Shown here one piece after another: positions 1 to 8,801 of a stretch of DNA of 24,000 nt. Within the stretch, counting starts at the first letter, position 1; every line of letters begins with the position of its first letter. This stretch comes from Ignisphaera sp. (GTDB lineage Archaea; Thermoproteota; Thermoprotei_A; Sulfolobales; Ignisphaeraceae): assembly GCA_038889075.1 (NCBI GenBank), contig JAWAHS010000001.1, forward strand, positions 172,192 through 196,191, written 5' to 3'. The notes below the pieces were generated by a model. It was given only the letters and a program-made list of their open reading frames with translations. It was not told the DNA's origin and did no database searches. The translations under genes and the position numbers were made by a program.

Positions 1-731
1 TCATTCCAATGTTTTTCGATTGCAATTTTTAAAGCGTTGATTGCTTCTCTAGAAACTCTCCCAAGTCTATTGCCGCTACATGCAGCCGTCCTAACGCCAA
101 TTACATTAAAACCCAGACTTACACATGTGGGGATGTGCTCAGCTCTTAAACCACCAGCAATAGCTGTATATAGACCGTTCCTATTAGCATTTAGAACAAA
201 TTCCTCTAAATATCGAAGAGGGATGTGATCAAAGGTTGATTTGCCATCCTTAATTCGTGTATCAATCATAACCCCTTGAACTTTAGCTACTTTAGCTAGG
301 TCAATGACTTTTAGAGGCTCTAATGTACCTATACTTTTCCAATCGGCATAACTAACTAAAACAATATCAGTTTCATTATTACAGTAGGCAATAGTTCTTC
401 TAATCTGTGAAACTGTGGATACAGCTTTATCGTAATCGTTCATCTCTATTCCTATTTTGATGTAATCGACGTCAAGTAGAGATAGTGTGTAGGCTATATA
501 GCTAAGGGCATGACTATATTCTCTTACATCACCTATCGCTACGCTTATCTCCTTATAGTTTTCAACGCTATTCACAATGCTGAGGACGACGTCTAGCGAT
601 GGAAGTCCTAGGGAGCCTATAGAGGGATCTTTAACATCAATTATATCAGCACTGCTATTTATTACCTCTGGTACTTCATCTACAGTCCATATGCTGATAA
701 GAAGTTTTGGTTTTACCCTTACAATGGACAT
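1..731 (-). CDS. mfnB: (5-formylfuran-3-yl)methyl phosphate synthase, MfnB-type (methanofuran biosynthesis). C-terminus is cut by the window edge.
   Basis: Absent from the ORF track because the frame runs off the left edge. Hand translation from the ATG (complement of 729-731) gives MSIVRVKPKLLISIWTVDEVPEVINSSADIIDVKDPSIGSLG...GVMIDTRIKDGKSTFD...AIAGGLRAEH...INALKIAIEKHWN. That is 243 codons open to position 3, with no stop. The IDVKDP and IDTxxKDG lysine motifs and the ~235-aa TIM-barrel size match the DUF556/MfnB family as I remember it. Confidence 0.7.
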   Translation of the reverse strand, partial: MSIVRVKPKLLISIWTVDEVPEVINSSADIIDVKDPSIGSLGLPSLDVVLSIVNSVENYKEISVAIGDVREYSHALSYIAYTLSLLDVDYIKIGIEMNDYDKAVSTVSQIRRTIAYCNNETDIVLVSYADWKSIGTLEPLKVIDLAKVAKVQGVMIDTRIKDGKSTFDHIPLRYLEEFVLNANRNGLYTAIAGGLRAEHIPTCVSLGFNVIGVRTAACSGNRLGRVSREAINALKIAIEKHWN

Positions 732-842
732 ATTTCTCTTACCCTATCGTTCCTGCATGTTTAAAGATTGCTGTAGCGTTAATAAATACACCATATCAGT
801 TGCGATTAAGGTTCAAACGTTTTAAAGCTTAAATACGTGTAC

Positions 843-850
843 TATTTAAA
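843..850 (+). promoter_or_regulatory. TATA-box-like element upstream of acd
   Basis: TATTTAAA at 843-850. It lies about 20 nt upstream of ATG 868 and about 55 nt upstream of the alternative TTG 904, which has its own SD. This favours a transcript starting near 875 and translation from 904. Confidence 0.35.
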
Positions 851-867
851 GCCCTGTATCTAATGCT

Positions 868-3015
868 ATGAATGTCTGTGGACATCTAGAAGGTGATGCG
901 CTATTGGCTAATGGAGGTGCAGATCTATTTAGACCTAGGAGCGTAGCGGTTATTGGAGCGTCTAGGGAACCAGGCAAGGTTGGATATGCAGTACTAAAAA
1001 ATATTATTAATAGTGGCTTTCAAGGAAAGATATATCCTATAAATCCTAAGGCAGAAGAAATACTGGGTATTAAGGCATACAAATCGGTGTTAGATGTTTC
1101 TGACGATATAGATCTGGGTGTAATTGTTGTACCTGCTTCCATAGCTCTAGATGTTGCTGAAGAATGTGGTAAGAAGGGTATTAAGCATCTTGTTGTAATA
1201 TCAGCTGGCTTTAAGGAGGTAGGGGGTGAGGGTATTGAGAGAGAGAAAAAGCTTGTGGATATAGCTAGAAAATATGGTATGAGGATGGTAGGGCCTAACT
1301 GCCTTGGTATTATAGATACGTATACACCCATAAATGCATCATTCTCAGCTACTATGCCAAAAAGAGGTAGTATAGCTTTTATATCACAGAGTGGTGCGCT
1401 CCTTACCGCAATTCTTGACTGGAGTATTAAGAAGGGTATAGGTTTTTCAAGAATTGTAAGCTTAGGCAATAAAGCTGATTTGAACGAAGCTGACTTTATC
1501 CAGGCTGTTGAAGAGGATGTTAATACAAAAGTTGTTTTGCTATATTTAGAATCTATTGAAAATGGTAGAAAGCTTATAGAGGTAGCGGCTAGAGTTGGTA
1601 GGAAGAAGCCTATTGTTCTACTTAAGGGTGGTGTTACAGAGGCTGGTGCTAGAGCTGCTATGAGCCATACTGGAGCTATGACAAGTAGTACAACGATTCT
1701 CGAAGCTGGGCTTAAAAAGGCAGGTATCTTGATTGCTCGTAACCTTTCAGAGCTATTCGATTATGCTGTGGCGTTTAGTTATCAGCCAATACCTTTAAAT
1801 AATAGAATTGCTGTAGTAACCAATGCCGGAGGACCGGGAGTTATAACATCGGATTTGATTGTGTCTAGGGGACTGAGGCTAGCATCATTCACTTCAGATA
1901 CTATAAATAGTCTTAGGTCAAAGCTTCCGCCAGCAGCAGCTGTGTACAATCCTGTTGATGTATTAGGGGATGCTAGAGCTGATAGGTATAGCTATGCTAT
2001 AGAGACCGTGTTGAACGATGATAACGTAGATGGTCTGATAGTTATACTCACGCCCCAAGCTATGACAGAGCCTGTAGAGACTGCAAAGGCTATGCTAAGA
2101 CTGAATAAAAAGCATCCAAACAAGCCGATGGTGGGAGTATTTATAGGGGGTGATATGGTTGAGGAGGCATCTAGAATTCTTATGGAGAATGGTGTTCCAG
2201 TATATGATTTGCCTGAAAGGGGTGTTATTGCAATTTATGGTCTGTGTAGATATAGAGAAAGTCTAGAGTATTTGGAGAGAATTTTAGAGAGGGCAATATT
2301 CTTTGATGTTGATAAAGCTACGGCACTATCTATTATAGATAGCGTTAAGAGTGAAAATCGTAAAACATTGCTAGAATCGGAAGCTAAGGATTTAATAAAA
2401 AGCTATGGTATTCCAGTAGCACCTACACGTCTTGCGAAAAATGAAGATGAGGCTGTTGAAATAGCTAGTAGGATCGGCTATCCAGTGGTACTGAAGATAG
2501 CTTCGCCAGATATTATGCACAAGACAGATATAGGAGGTGTTGTAATGAATATAAATTCGGAGAAGGAAGTAAGAGAAGCCTTTAGAACAATAATTGACAG
2601 AGCATATAAATATGCTCCAAGGGCACTGGTCTACGGAGTAGCAGTTCAGAAAATGGTTCCCAGAGGTAGGGAGGTAATAATTGGTGTATCTAAGGATCCA
2701 TCATTTGGTCATGTTATAATGTTTGGTCTTGGCGGTATATATACAAATGTATTCAGAGATGTTTCATTCAGACTCGCCCCCCTCTCAGCGTATGAGGCTA
2801 GAGAGATGATTAGTGAAACGAAAGCATATACGTTACTAAGGGGTTATAGAGGGGAGCCACCAGCAGATGTATCCTCAATAGTAAATATACTGTTAAGAGT
2901 TAGTCAATTGGTTACCGAGATACCCGATATAGTAGAAATGGATATTAACCCCCTCTTTGTATATAATGAAGGTATGGGTAGTCTAGCTATAGATGTAAAG
3001 GTGGTACTTTCATAG
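868..3015 (+). CDS. acd: Acetyl-CoA synthetase (ADP-forming), fused alpha-beta subunits; NDP-forming acyl-CoA synthetase family
   Basis: 715 aa. N-terminal CoA-binding Rossmann motif RSVAVIGASREPGKVG. Succinyl-CoA-synthetase-like phosphohistidine loop AAMSHTGAMTSS. C-terminal ATP-grasp region YPVVLKIASPDIMHKTDIGGV. An in-frame TTG at 904, preceded by AGGTGA (891-896), is a plausible true start. Confidence 0.85.
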   Translation: MNVCGHLEGDALLANGGADLFRPRSVAVIGASREPGKVGYAVLKNIINSGFQGKIYPINPKAEEILGIKAYKSVLDVSDDIDLGVIVVPASIALDVAEECGKKGIKHLVVISAGFKEVGGEGIEREKKLVDIARKYGMRMVGPNCLGIIDTYTPINASFSATMPKRGSIAFISQSGALLTAILDWSIKKGIGFSRIVSLGNKADLNEADFIQAVEEDVNTKVVLLYLESIENGRKLIEVAARVGRKKPIVLLKGGVTEAGARAAMSHTGAMTSSTTILEAGLKKAGILIARNLSELFDYAVAFSYQPIPLNNRIAVVTNAGGPGVITSDLIVSRGLRLASFTSDTINSLRSKLPPAAAVYNPVDVLGDARADRYSYAIETVLNDDNVDGLIVILTPQAMTEPVETAKAMLRLNKKHPNKPMVGVFIGGDMVEEASRILMENGVPVYDLPERGVIAIYGLCRYRESLEYLERILERAIFFDVDKATALSIIDSVKSENRKTLLESEAKDLIKSYGIPVAPTRLAKNEDEAVEIASRIGYPVVLKIASPDIMHKTDIGGVVMNINSEKEVREAFRTIIDRAYKYAPRALVYGVAVQKMVPRGREVIIGVSKDPSFGHVIMFGLGGIYTNVFRDVSFRLAPLSAYEAREMISETKAYTLLRGYRGEPPADVSSIVNILLRVSQLVTEIPDIVEMDINPLFVYNEGMGSLAIDVKVVLS

Positions 3016-3025
3016 GTGGTGACTG

Positions 3026-4087
3026 ATGAGGGCTATATATGTAGTTGGTGAAAGAGGTAAAACTATTCTAATATATGGGCTACTAAGAAGATTCTCCCTA
3101 GAGGGGTTTAAGGTAGCATACTTTAAGCCCATATCAATGGCTAGAATGAGAGTTGCATCTGGTAAATATGTAGATACAGATGTTATTGCAATTAAGGATG
3201 CGCTAAACCTTGAGAATTCTATAGAGCATATTTCACCGATAGTAATATCTAGGAGCTATCTTGAATTAAGTGAGCGTGTAGATGAGGTTAAAAGCAGCAT
3301 CTTGGAGGGTTTTAAGAAAGTTGTTGAGGGAAAAGATATAGTCATTATTGAAGGATACACACCAGCCGAGGCACTAACATCTATAAATTGTAACTTTGTA
3401 GAGCTTGCAAAGTTGTTTGGAGCAAAAATCGTACTGGTTATGGATTGTAGAAGTAGGATTGTGATCGATGAAATAATAGATAGGGCAATCCTATATAAAT
3501 GCTTCATAGAGAAATCAGGCGGCGAACTGTATGGTGTTATACTCAATACTGTACCAATAGTGTACACCGAACGTGTTAAGAGCTTGATCGTGCCGTATCT
3601 AGAAAAGCTTGGGATTAGAGTACTTGGCGTAATTGAAGAAAGACCTAGACTTACGGCATTAACCGTAAAAGATATTGTGGAAGCGCTAAACGCTGAGGTA
3701 TTGGAGGGTAAAGATAGGCTAAATTCTATGGTGGAGGATATTCTAATAGGTGCTATGAGCCCTGAGGCTGCTCTTAGATGGTTTAGAAGAGCTGTAAATG
3801 CAGCTATTGTAACAGGTGGTGATAGAACTGATTTAATTATGCAGGCACTTGAAACTCGACCAAGTGTTGTAATTTTAACCGGGAATCTATATCCCTCTAT
3901 AGGTGTTTTGGTAAAGGCTAGAGAAACGGGTACACCAATATTACTAGTACCATATGATACATTTACAACAGTTGAGAGGCTTAAAGAGATGCAGGGAATA
4001 ATCACCGCAGATTCATTAAAAGCTAGAGACAAGGATTTGATAACAATAATTGAAAAGGAGATTAAATGGAGAGAGCTACTGGCATAG
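3026..4087 (+). CDS. DRTGG-domain protein resembling the N-terminal non-catalytic part of class II phosphotransacetylase. No PTA_PTB catalytic domain.
   Basis: 353 aa. N-terminal DTBS/CobQ-like nucleotide-binding-type segment (YVVGERGKT...AYFKP). Later VTGGDRTDLIMQAL, the DRTGG-domain signature. Strong SD AGGTGGTGA at 3014-3022. Starts 10 nt after the acd stop. Confidence 0.65.
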   Translation: MRAIYVVGERGKTILIYGLLRRFSLEGFKVAYFKPISMARMRVASGKYVDTDVIAIKDALNLENSIEHISPIVISRSYLELSERVDEVKSSILEGFKKVVEGKDIVIIEGYTPAEALTSINCNFVELAKLFGAKIVLVMDCRSRIVIDEIIDRAILYKCFIEKSGGELYGVILNTVPIVYTERVKSLIVPYLEKLGIRVLGVIEERPRLTALTVKDIVEALNAEVLEGKDRLNSMVEDILIGAMSPEAALRWFRRAVNAAIVTGGDRTDLIMQALETRPSVVILTGNLYPSIGVLVKARETGTPILLVPYDTFTTVERLKEMQGIITADSLKARDKDLITIIEKEIKWRELLA

Positions 4088-4092
4088 TAATT

Positions 4093-4986
4093 CTACATCT
4101 TTTTAAATCTCAACACTATAATGGGATAGTGCTTAACTCTTCTGAGAGATAGCCATGTGACAGATCTAAAATGTTCCATACCCAACGCTTTAACCATTTC
4201 AATAATGTTCCTTCCAATACCATAACCACGGAATTTCTCGCCTATACGTGCTAGCCTAAGTAATGTATAGAGATCGAGTTGAATACCTATATATGCTGTC
4301 GGGGTTGGAAATTTCTCAAATAAATTTCTAAATACCTTTCCAAGAATGTAGGCAGCAACACCGAGATCTATAATACCCTTTACCGTAGAGGGTCTTGTTG
4401 CTATTGCAAGAGATTTAATATTCTTTGGAACAAAACAGCTATCGGTATCAACAACGAGAATGTTTATGTTTGCGGATAGCTTACCCTCTATGGATTGTTT
4501 CATCTCTCTAATTATCTTAGCAACATTTTTAACTGGTATAGATACGTAGTAGTACGGAAGATTTGTAGCATCTATACCAGATTCAGAAAGAGGTTTTAAA
4601 AAATGCCGCATTCCACCATAGTATAATGCTAATTTCTTGTGCTTTGCTAGAAGATCTATAGGGGTTTCACTTACAATTCTAATTGTATTTATATCTGTAA
4701 ACAGTTTTCTGAGAAGATATCCCCAGAGAATTCTTGAGGTAAAGAATGTCATCATAGACGTCATAGGATCAACATTCACCGCATTCTCATCATAGATATT
4801 ACCAAGAGCTATACTGAGGGCCTTGTCAGATATAACAATAATATCGTTATTTTTAATTGTATTACCATATACTTTTACAATCTCCTTAACAACATCTGTA
4901 CCGGGCAGCCAATACTTACAAGGCTTTCTAATAACGCATAGCCTGTATCTGCTCCTTAGATTTAGATAATTCACGAATTGTTGCAC
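4093..4986 (-). CDS. F420-0:gamma-glutamyl ligase (CofE) family protein, divergent
   Basis: 297 aa. NDIIVISDKALSIALGNIYDE parallels the CofE 'GD.vV..SK.vSKAEGR' segment. SGIDATNLP parallels 'NAGIDASN'. ILVVDTDSCF parallels 'VIITDTnGR'. It is longer than typical CofE (~250 aa), and the GR of the last motif is replaced. Confidence 0.45.
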   Translation of the reverse strand: MQQFVNYLNLRSRYRLCVIRKPCKYWLPGTDVVKEIVKVYGNTIKNNDIIVISDKALSIALGNIYDENAVNVDPMTSMMTFFTSRILWGYLLRKLFTDINTIRIVSETPIDLLAKHKKLALYYGGMRHFLKPLSESGIDATNLPYYYVSIPVKNVAKIIREMKQSIEGKLSANINILVVDTDSCFVPKNIKSLAIATRPSTVKGIIDLGVAAYILGKVFRNLFEKFPTPTAYIGIQLDLYTLLRLARIGEKFRGYGIGRNIIEMVKALGMEHFRSVTWLSLRRVKHYPIIVLRFKKM

Positions 4987-5007
4987 CTTCCACCTACTAA
5001 ATGTAGT

Positions 5008-5748
5008 CTATAGAAATGCATTTATGGTAATTGATAGGTATAGACATAATAGCAACATCATCGAGGACGCTACGACTATTATAGCATCTACGATCTTTAT
5101 TGAAGCATCTATTGGATACTTAGGTATGCCATAAATGTAGGTAGCCTCTGTGATTTCTTTAGCATAATTTACAGAATGTAAAATCATTGGCAACAAGGCC
5201 TTGTATAGGTATCTTGAACCATACTTTAGCTTTACTGTTGATAGCGCCTCTGAATACACTATCATGATGTAGGGAATCTGTGAAAAAGCAATAGCTATAG
5301 AGGTTCCCAATTCACCAAGGCCTATTTTTTCGAGAAACCATCGAATCTCTTCTATTCTAGTCCACTGGAATATCGATGCTATGGTCATAAACATAAGGGC
5401 TCCTTTCAATGAGGCTATGGTTGCGCTAGTTATATCAACAACCCAGAAGTTGAAGAACTTAGCCAATAGATTTATAGCCAGACCTATTGCTATAAAGATT
5501 ACAACAAACTGCAGTCCTCCTAAAATCTTTCTAAAACTGCCACTCGTATGAAGAATGATTAGAATTGCAACTAATGCAGGTAACATGTAGAACAAATTGG
5601 ATAGAGGTTTTAGTTTTAGAAACGAGCTGATGAGAAGGTATAGAAGTAGAATGGTAGGAATAGCTATCCTCGTGATAACACTTAGCCCCGTAGATGAAGT
5701 GTAGATAAACGCATATGCTAGATTCTTCAACATTGATATGTTACCCAC
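5008..5748 (-). CDS. Polytopic membrane protein, ECF-transporter T component (CbiQ/EcfT)-like
   Basis: 246 aa, about 5-6 hydrophobic spans. FQWTRIEEIRWFLEKIGLGELGTSIAIAFSQIPYIMIVYSEALSTVKLKYGS resembles the CbiQ/EcfT coupling region ('t..el...L.kl......l.lalRfiP.l.ee...i.dAq.aRG'). GTG start at 5748; an alternative ATG lies at 5733. Confidence 0.4.
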   Translation of the reverse strand: MGNISMLKNLAYAFIYTSSTGLSVITRIAIPTILLLYLLISSFLKLKPLSNLFYMLPALVAILIILHTSGSFRKILGGLQFVVIFIAIGLAINLLAKFFNFWVVDITSATIASLKGALMFMTIASIFQWTRIEEIRWFLEKIGLGELGTSIAIAFSQIPYIMIVYSEALSTVKLKYGSRYLYKALLPMILHSVNYAKEITEATYIYGIPKYPIDASIKIVDAIIVVASSMMLLLCLYLSITINAFL

Positions 5749-5864
5749 AGCAGCATATTATGGTACGACACTTGTTGTAAAATAATGTAGTTTTATAAGG
5801 TATTTAGCTTTACTATTTGACCTAGCACCAAACTATTTAATTTTAACTTAAAATAGAGTATTGA

Positions 5865-6467
5865 TTAGGTAACGAAACCCATTTTGCTGAGTATTCTCAC
5901 TATAGGTATTGAGAATGTAGAGGTATATGCAGCTGAAATTGCATTGAATAGTACTATTAAGTGGAGAATAGGTATAATGATACTATGCAATGCTACAGTA
6001 TACGATGGTGCTCCCCAGAATAGTGTTGCTATTAATGGTGTTATAAGGATGTTTAATACTACCATAGCTATAGACCTGCTTATTACTGCCACAAATATAA
6101 GTAGGAGAAACATCACTTTAGCAGATATGCGAGGATACGCCCTACGGAGATACCTGTATGTATATACCATCGGTATATATGTTGAAGCCTCAGCTAAAAC
6201 CTTCATAAGAGGGCTTAAAGGATTTGTAGCTCCCATTAGTAAGATTCCTAAATAGAATATGGGTAACCCTAGCGAAATTGAAAGTGGTAGATTTACAAAT
6301 CCGGCTACTGCTAATGGTATTCCACAGAGATCAAATTTTAGGAACGGTGCTAATGGAAAGTCGATTTTCCCAAGATGAATAGGTATAGCAAGGCTAGATA
6401 GTATAACCACTAGAGCTTTAGTTAAACTGAATGTTTTTGAAGATATTTTGGGGACTGGTGTAGTCAA
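5865..6467 (-). CDS. Polytopic membrane protein, ECF-transporter S (substrate-capture) component-like
   Basis: 200 aa, about 6 hydrophobic spans. FLKFDLCGIPLAVAGFV resembles the S-component 'l.fdls.iPi.lag...GP' segment. The TTG start at 6467 lies 4 nt after the cofD stop (6472-6474), which implies co-translation with cofD. Confidence 0.35.
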   Translation of the reverse strand: MTTPVPKISSKTFSLTKALVVILSSLAIPIHLGKIDFPLAPFLKFDLCGIPLAVAGFVNLPLSISLGLPIFYLGILLMGATNPLSPLMKVLAEASTYIPMVYTYRYLRRAYPRISAKVMFLLLIFVAVISRSIAMVVLNILITPLIATLFWGAPSYTVALHSIIIPILHLIVLFNAISAAYTSTFSIPIVRILSKMGFVT

Positions 6468-6471
6468 TCTA

Positions 6472-7443
6472 TCATACCGCCCTTCTATAGCTCTTCACTA
6501 TATTTAAAACTTTTTGTGCTAATATCACCTTAGCATCTATGCTATCCATAGCTATATTAGCTAGTGTCACATCTACTCCTATTTCTCCTTTTATCCTATG
6601 TGCTAAGTGTTCATCGGAAGAGTCTATAACGATGTCTGATATGATATCAGAATACATCTCAGCAATACTATATGCCGTTGGTTCGTAGCCTAAATACTTC
6701 AATAGAACATGGGCTACCCCAGTAAAGGCTCTACCATTCCTAATTGGGGAAACTGCCACTATTGGTACCCCTGCTTCACGTTTCTTTCTAATACATTCTC
6801 TTATACCTCTAGTGCTAAGTATTGGATTTATGCTTAGGAATGGGTTGCTAGGTCCTATTACAATTATATCAGCGTTAGTTATAGCATTTAGAACTTCAGG
6901 TGGGGCCTTAGCTTCACCTATACCTCTGTATTCGATCTTGAAGACTTTTACCTTTTCAGGGTTCTGTTTAGCTGCATATTTAACGAGATATTCCTGAATG
7001 TGAAGGTCACCTAGATCTGTATATATGTGTGTTTCTACATGTTCATCGCTCATAGGTAGAATTACCCCTTTAGCTTTAAGGACTTTAGAAATATACCTTG
7101 TAATCTCTGTTAATCTAAATCCTTGTCTAAGCATGTGGGTTCTAACTATGTGTATAGCTAGATCTCTATCTCCTAATACAAACCAGTCTAAAACGTTAAA
7201 TCTCCTAATCATACTGTATGTATTGAAAGTATCATTAATAATGCCCCAATACCTGCCAGTATCAAGTAATCCACAGGCAAGGTATGTAGCAGAATCGACG
7301 TCAGGTGCTATGTAAAGGTCTAAAAGCCATATATTGTCAGCAGTGTTAACCACTACAGTTATCGTTTCTGGATCAATCAGTTCCCTTAATCCTTCAAAAA
7401 GCTTTAGACCACCCTGGCCACCAGTAAGCAGGACAATATTCAC
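6472..7443 (-). CDS. cofD: 2-phospho-L-lactate transferase (LPPG:FO transferase), CofD
   Basis: 323 aa. MNIVLLTGGQGGLKL glycine-rich N-terminus, VVVNTADN, DRDLAIH, and IIVIGPSNPFLSINPIL are all characteristic of the CofD/UPF0052 family. Confidence 0.85.
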   Translation of the reverse strand: MNIVLLTGGQGGLKLFEGLRELIDPETITVVVNTADNIWLLDLYIAPDVDSATYLACGLLDTGRYWGIINDTFNTYSMIRRFNVLDWFVLGDRDLAIHIVRTHMLRQGFRLTEITRYISKVLKAKGVILPMSDEHVETHIYTDLGDLHIQEYLVKYAAKQNPEKVKVFKIEYRGIGEAKAPPEVLNAITNADIIVIGPSNPFLSINPILSTRGIRECIRKKREAGVPIVAVSPIRNGRAFTGVAHVLLKYLGYEPTAYSIAEMYSDIISDIVIDSSDEHLAHRIKGEIGVDVTLANIAMDSIDAKVILAQKVLNIVKSYRRAV

Positions 7444-7456
7444 GTATGCGTCACCA

Positions 7457-8107
7457 CTATTTGTGTCTAATTAGGCTAGTCCCATACAGGGACAGAATTC
7501 TACATAGTTCCTTTCCTCCGTATATGCTACATAGCTGTTTGGCTATTATGAGATCCTCAGCTGTATCTATATCTATAGATGTACCTAGAGTGCTATATAC
7601 ATTTACCCTTATTGTTTTTTGGAGAGCTCTAGCTAGATGTTTTTGAAAGCTATTTTTACCGTGCATAAGCTCTATCATGAGTGGATACCTTTGTAACATT
7701 ATATTTGTACCGCCATCAATTGAAGGCGTGAGAACTATATCAAATCCATCTCTATAGAATCCTACGATGGTATTCACATCTTCACTTGAGACAAACGGAG
7801 CATCTGCTACCCCAAAAATTACTGCATCGATTTTATATGGTATTGTTTCAAGGGCTTTGAGATAGGCCTCAATCTGTCCATTGCCACCATCATAAACTAT
7901 ATCTATGGTGAAATCTCGAACAGTTTCTCTTATACTTGGATCTGGGGTCACTAAGATTGTCTTATCAACATATCTCGAGCATGCATAGACGTGAATGACG
8001 TCTCTTAGCATAGCTTTTACAATCTCTATACGAATAGATTTTTCTATTTCTTTAAGCCTGGATTTCGCTCTATTAAGATCTTTAATCGGTACCAGGGCAA
8101 CAATCAT
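7457..8107 (-). CDS. cofC: 2-phospho-L-lactate (or PEP) guanylyltransferase, CofC
   Basis: Starting at the internal ATG at 8107, the N-terminus reads MIVALVPIKDLNRAKSRL, the typical CofC 'P.K....KSRL' start. Followed by a nucleotidyltransferase-fold body (DIVLTPSIDGGTN). The track's longer version (to 8131) adds only MQILWLLI. Confidence 0.7.
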   Translation of the reverse strand: MIVALVPIKDLNRAKSRLKEIEKSIRIEIVKAMLRDVIHVYACSRYVDKTILVTPDPSIRETVRDFTIDIVYDGGNGQIEAYLKALETIPYKIDAVIFGVADAPFVSSEDVNTIVGFYRDGFDIVLTPSIDGGTNIMLQRYPLMIELMHGKNSFQKHLARALQKTIRVNVYSTLGTSIDIDTAEDLIIAKQLCSIYGGKELCRILSLYGTSLIRHK

Positions 8108-8148
8108 TATTAGCAACCATAGGATCTGCATCTAGTATGTGTTTCTAA

Positions 8149-8799
8149 CTATGGTATTATAAGCGTGTAAGGTGAGCAGCAGGAGGTTTTTTCTAATAAG
8201 CAATAGAGAGAATCTACATAGTGCGCATTTACAATAGCTGTAGGTATGCGATGTCTTCTGATTAATATAGGCGTATATTCATCAATAACATTTTGATTTA
8301 ATGGAACGCTATCCGCTTTAATGGTTCTAGCTATACTGCCATTGACAATTATACCACTTACAAGTTTTGTTAATATGGCTATATCAGCCTTAAGTAGATG
8401 TGCTATGAATACGGTGATAGCATCGCTTGTTACAGACCACGAGTGGGGTAGCTCATCATATTTTTTAATGATATTGAAGGGCATTATTAGGGGAAGGCGA
8501 TTTCTAGACCATACATCGTACACCCTCTCTAGGGTATCCGCACTCTCTATATAGCTACTTCTTGAGCTAATGAATGCACCATATACTTCCATGGACTTTA
8601 TCGCCATCCAGTGTGCTGTCGAATCGTCGAAGTTTAGTCTCCTTTGAAGATCGCGAATCACATCTGCAAATATACTACCCCCTGGTACTATAGCTATTCT
8701 TATATCATTGTTCTGAAGCTTTGAGAGGGTATTGAGTAGCGTATCGAGAGTATCGGTACTCCATAGAAGATTGCCGCTAATTTTAACTACGGTTTTCAT
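8149..8799 (-). CDS. Short amino-acid-kinase-family protein, MfnE-like (candidate [5-(aminomethyl)furan-3-yl]methyl phosphate kinase)
   Basis: 216 aa. VVKISGNLL plus IAIVPGGSIFADVIRDL (the 'PGGG.FAD.VR' pattern) and AHWMAIKSME. This is the short AA-kinase subgroup that co-occurs with H4MPT/methanofuran genes. The specific activity is inferred. Confidence 0.5.
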   Translation of the reverse strand: MKTVVKISGNLLWSTDTLDTLLNTLSKLQNNDIRIAIVPGGSIFADVIRDLQRRLNFDDSTAHWMAIKSMEVYGAFISSRSSYIESADTLERVYDVWSRNRLPLIMPFNIIKKYDELPHSWSVTSDAITVFIAHLLKADIAILTKLVSGIIVNGSIARTIKADSVPLNQNVIDEYTPILIRRHRIPTAIVNAHYVDSLYCLLEKTSCCSPYTLIIP

Positions 8800-8801
8800 A
8801 G

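Noticed and set aside
37-825. Plus-strand ORFs 37-228 (63 aa) and 577-825 (82 aa) from the track
   Set aside because: Both lie antisense to (or just upstream of) the much longer, motif-bearing mfnB frame on the minus strand. Their sequences are low-complexity (Leu/Ser/Thr/Pro-rich) shadow-frame products.
1020-4032. Minus-strand ORFs 1020-1469 (149 aa) and 3256-4032 (258 aa)
   Set aside because: They are fully embedded antisense within acd and the DRTGG gene. Ser/Thr/Ile/Leu-rich composition is typical of the reverse frame of AT-rich coding DNA, and no motifs are present.
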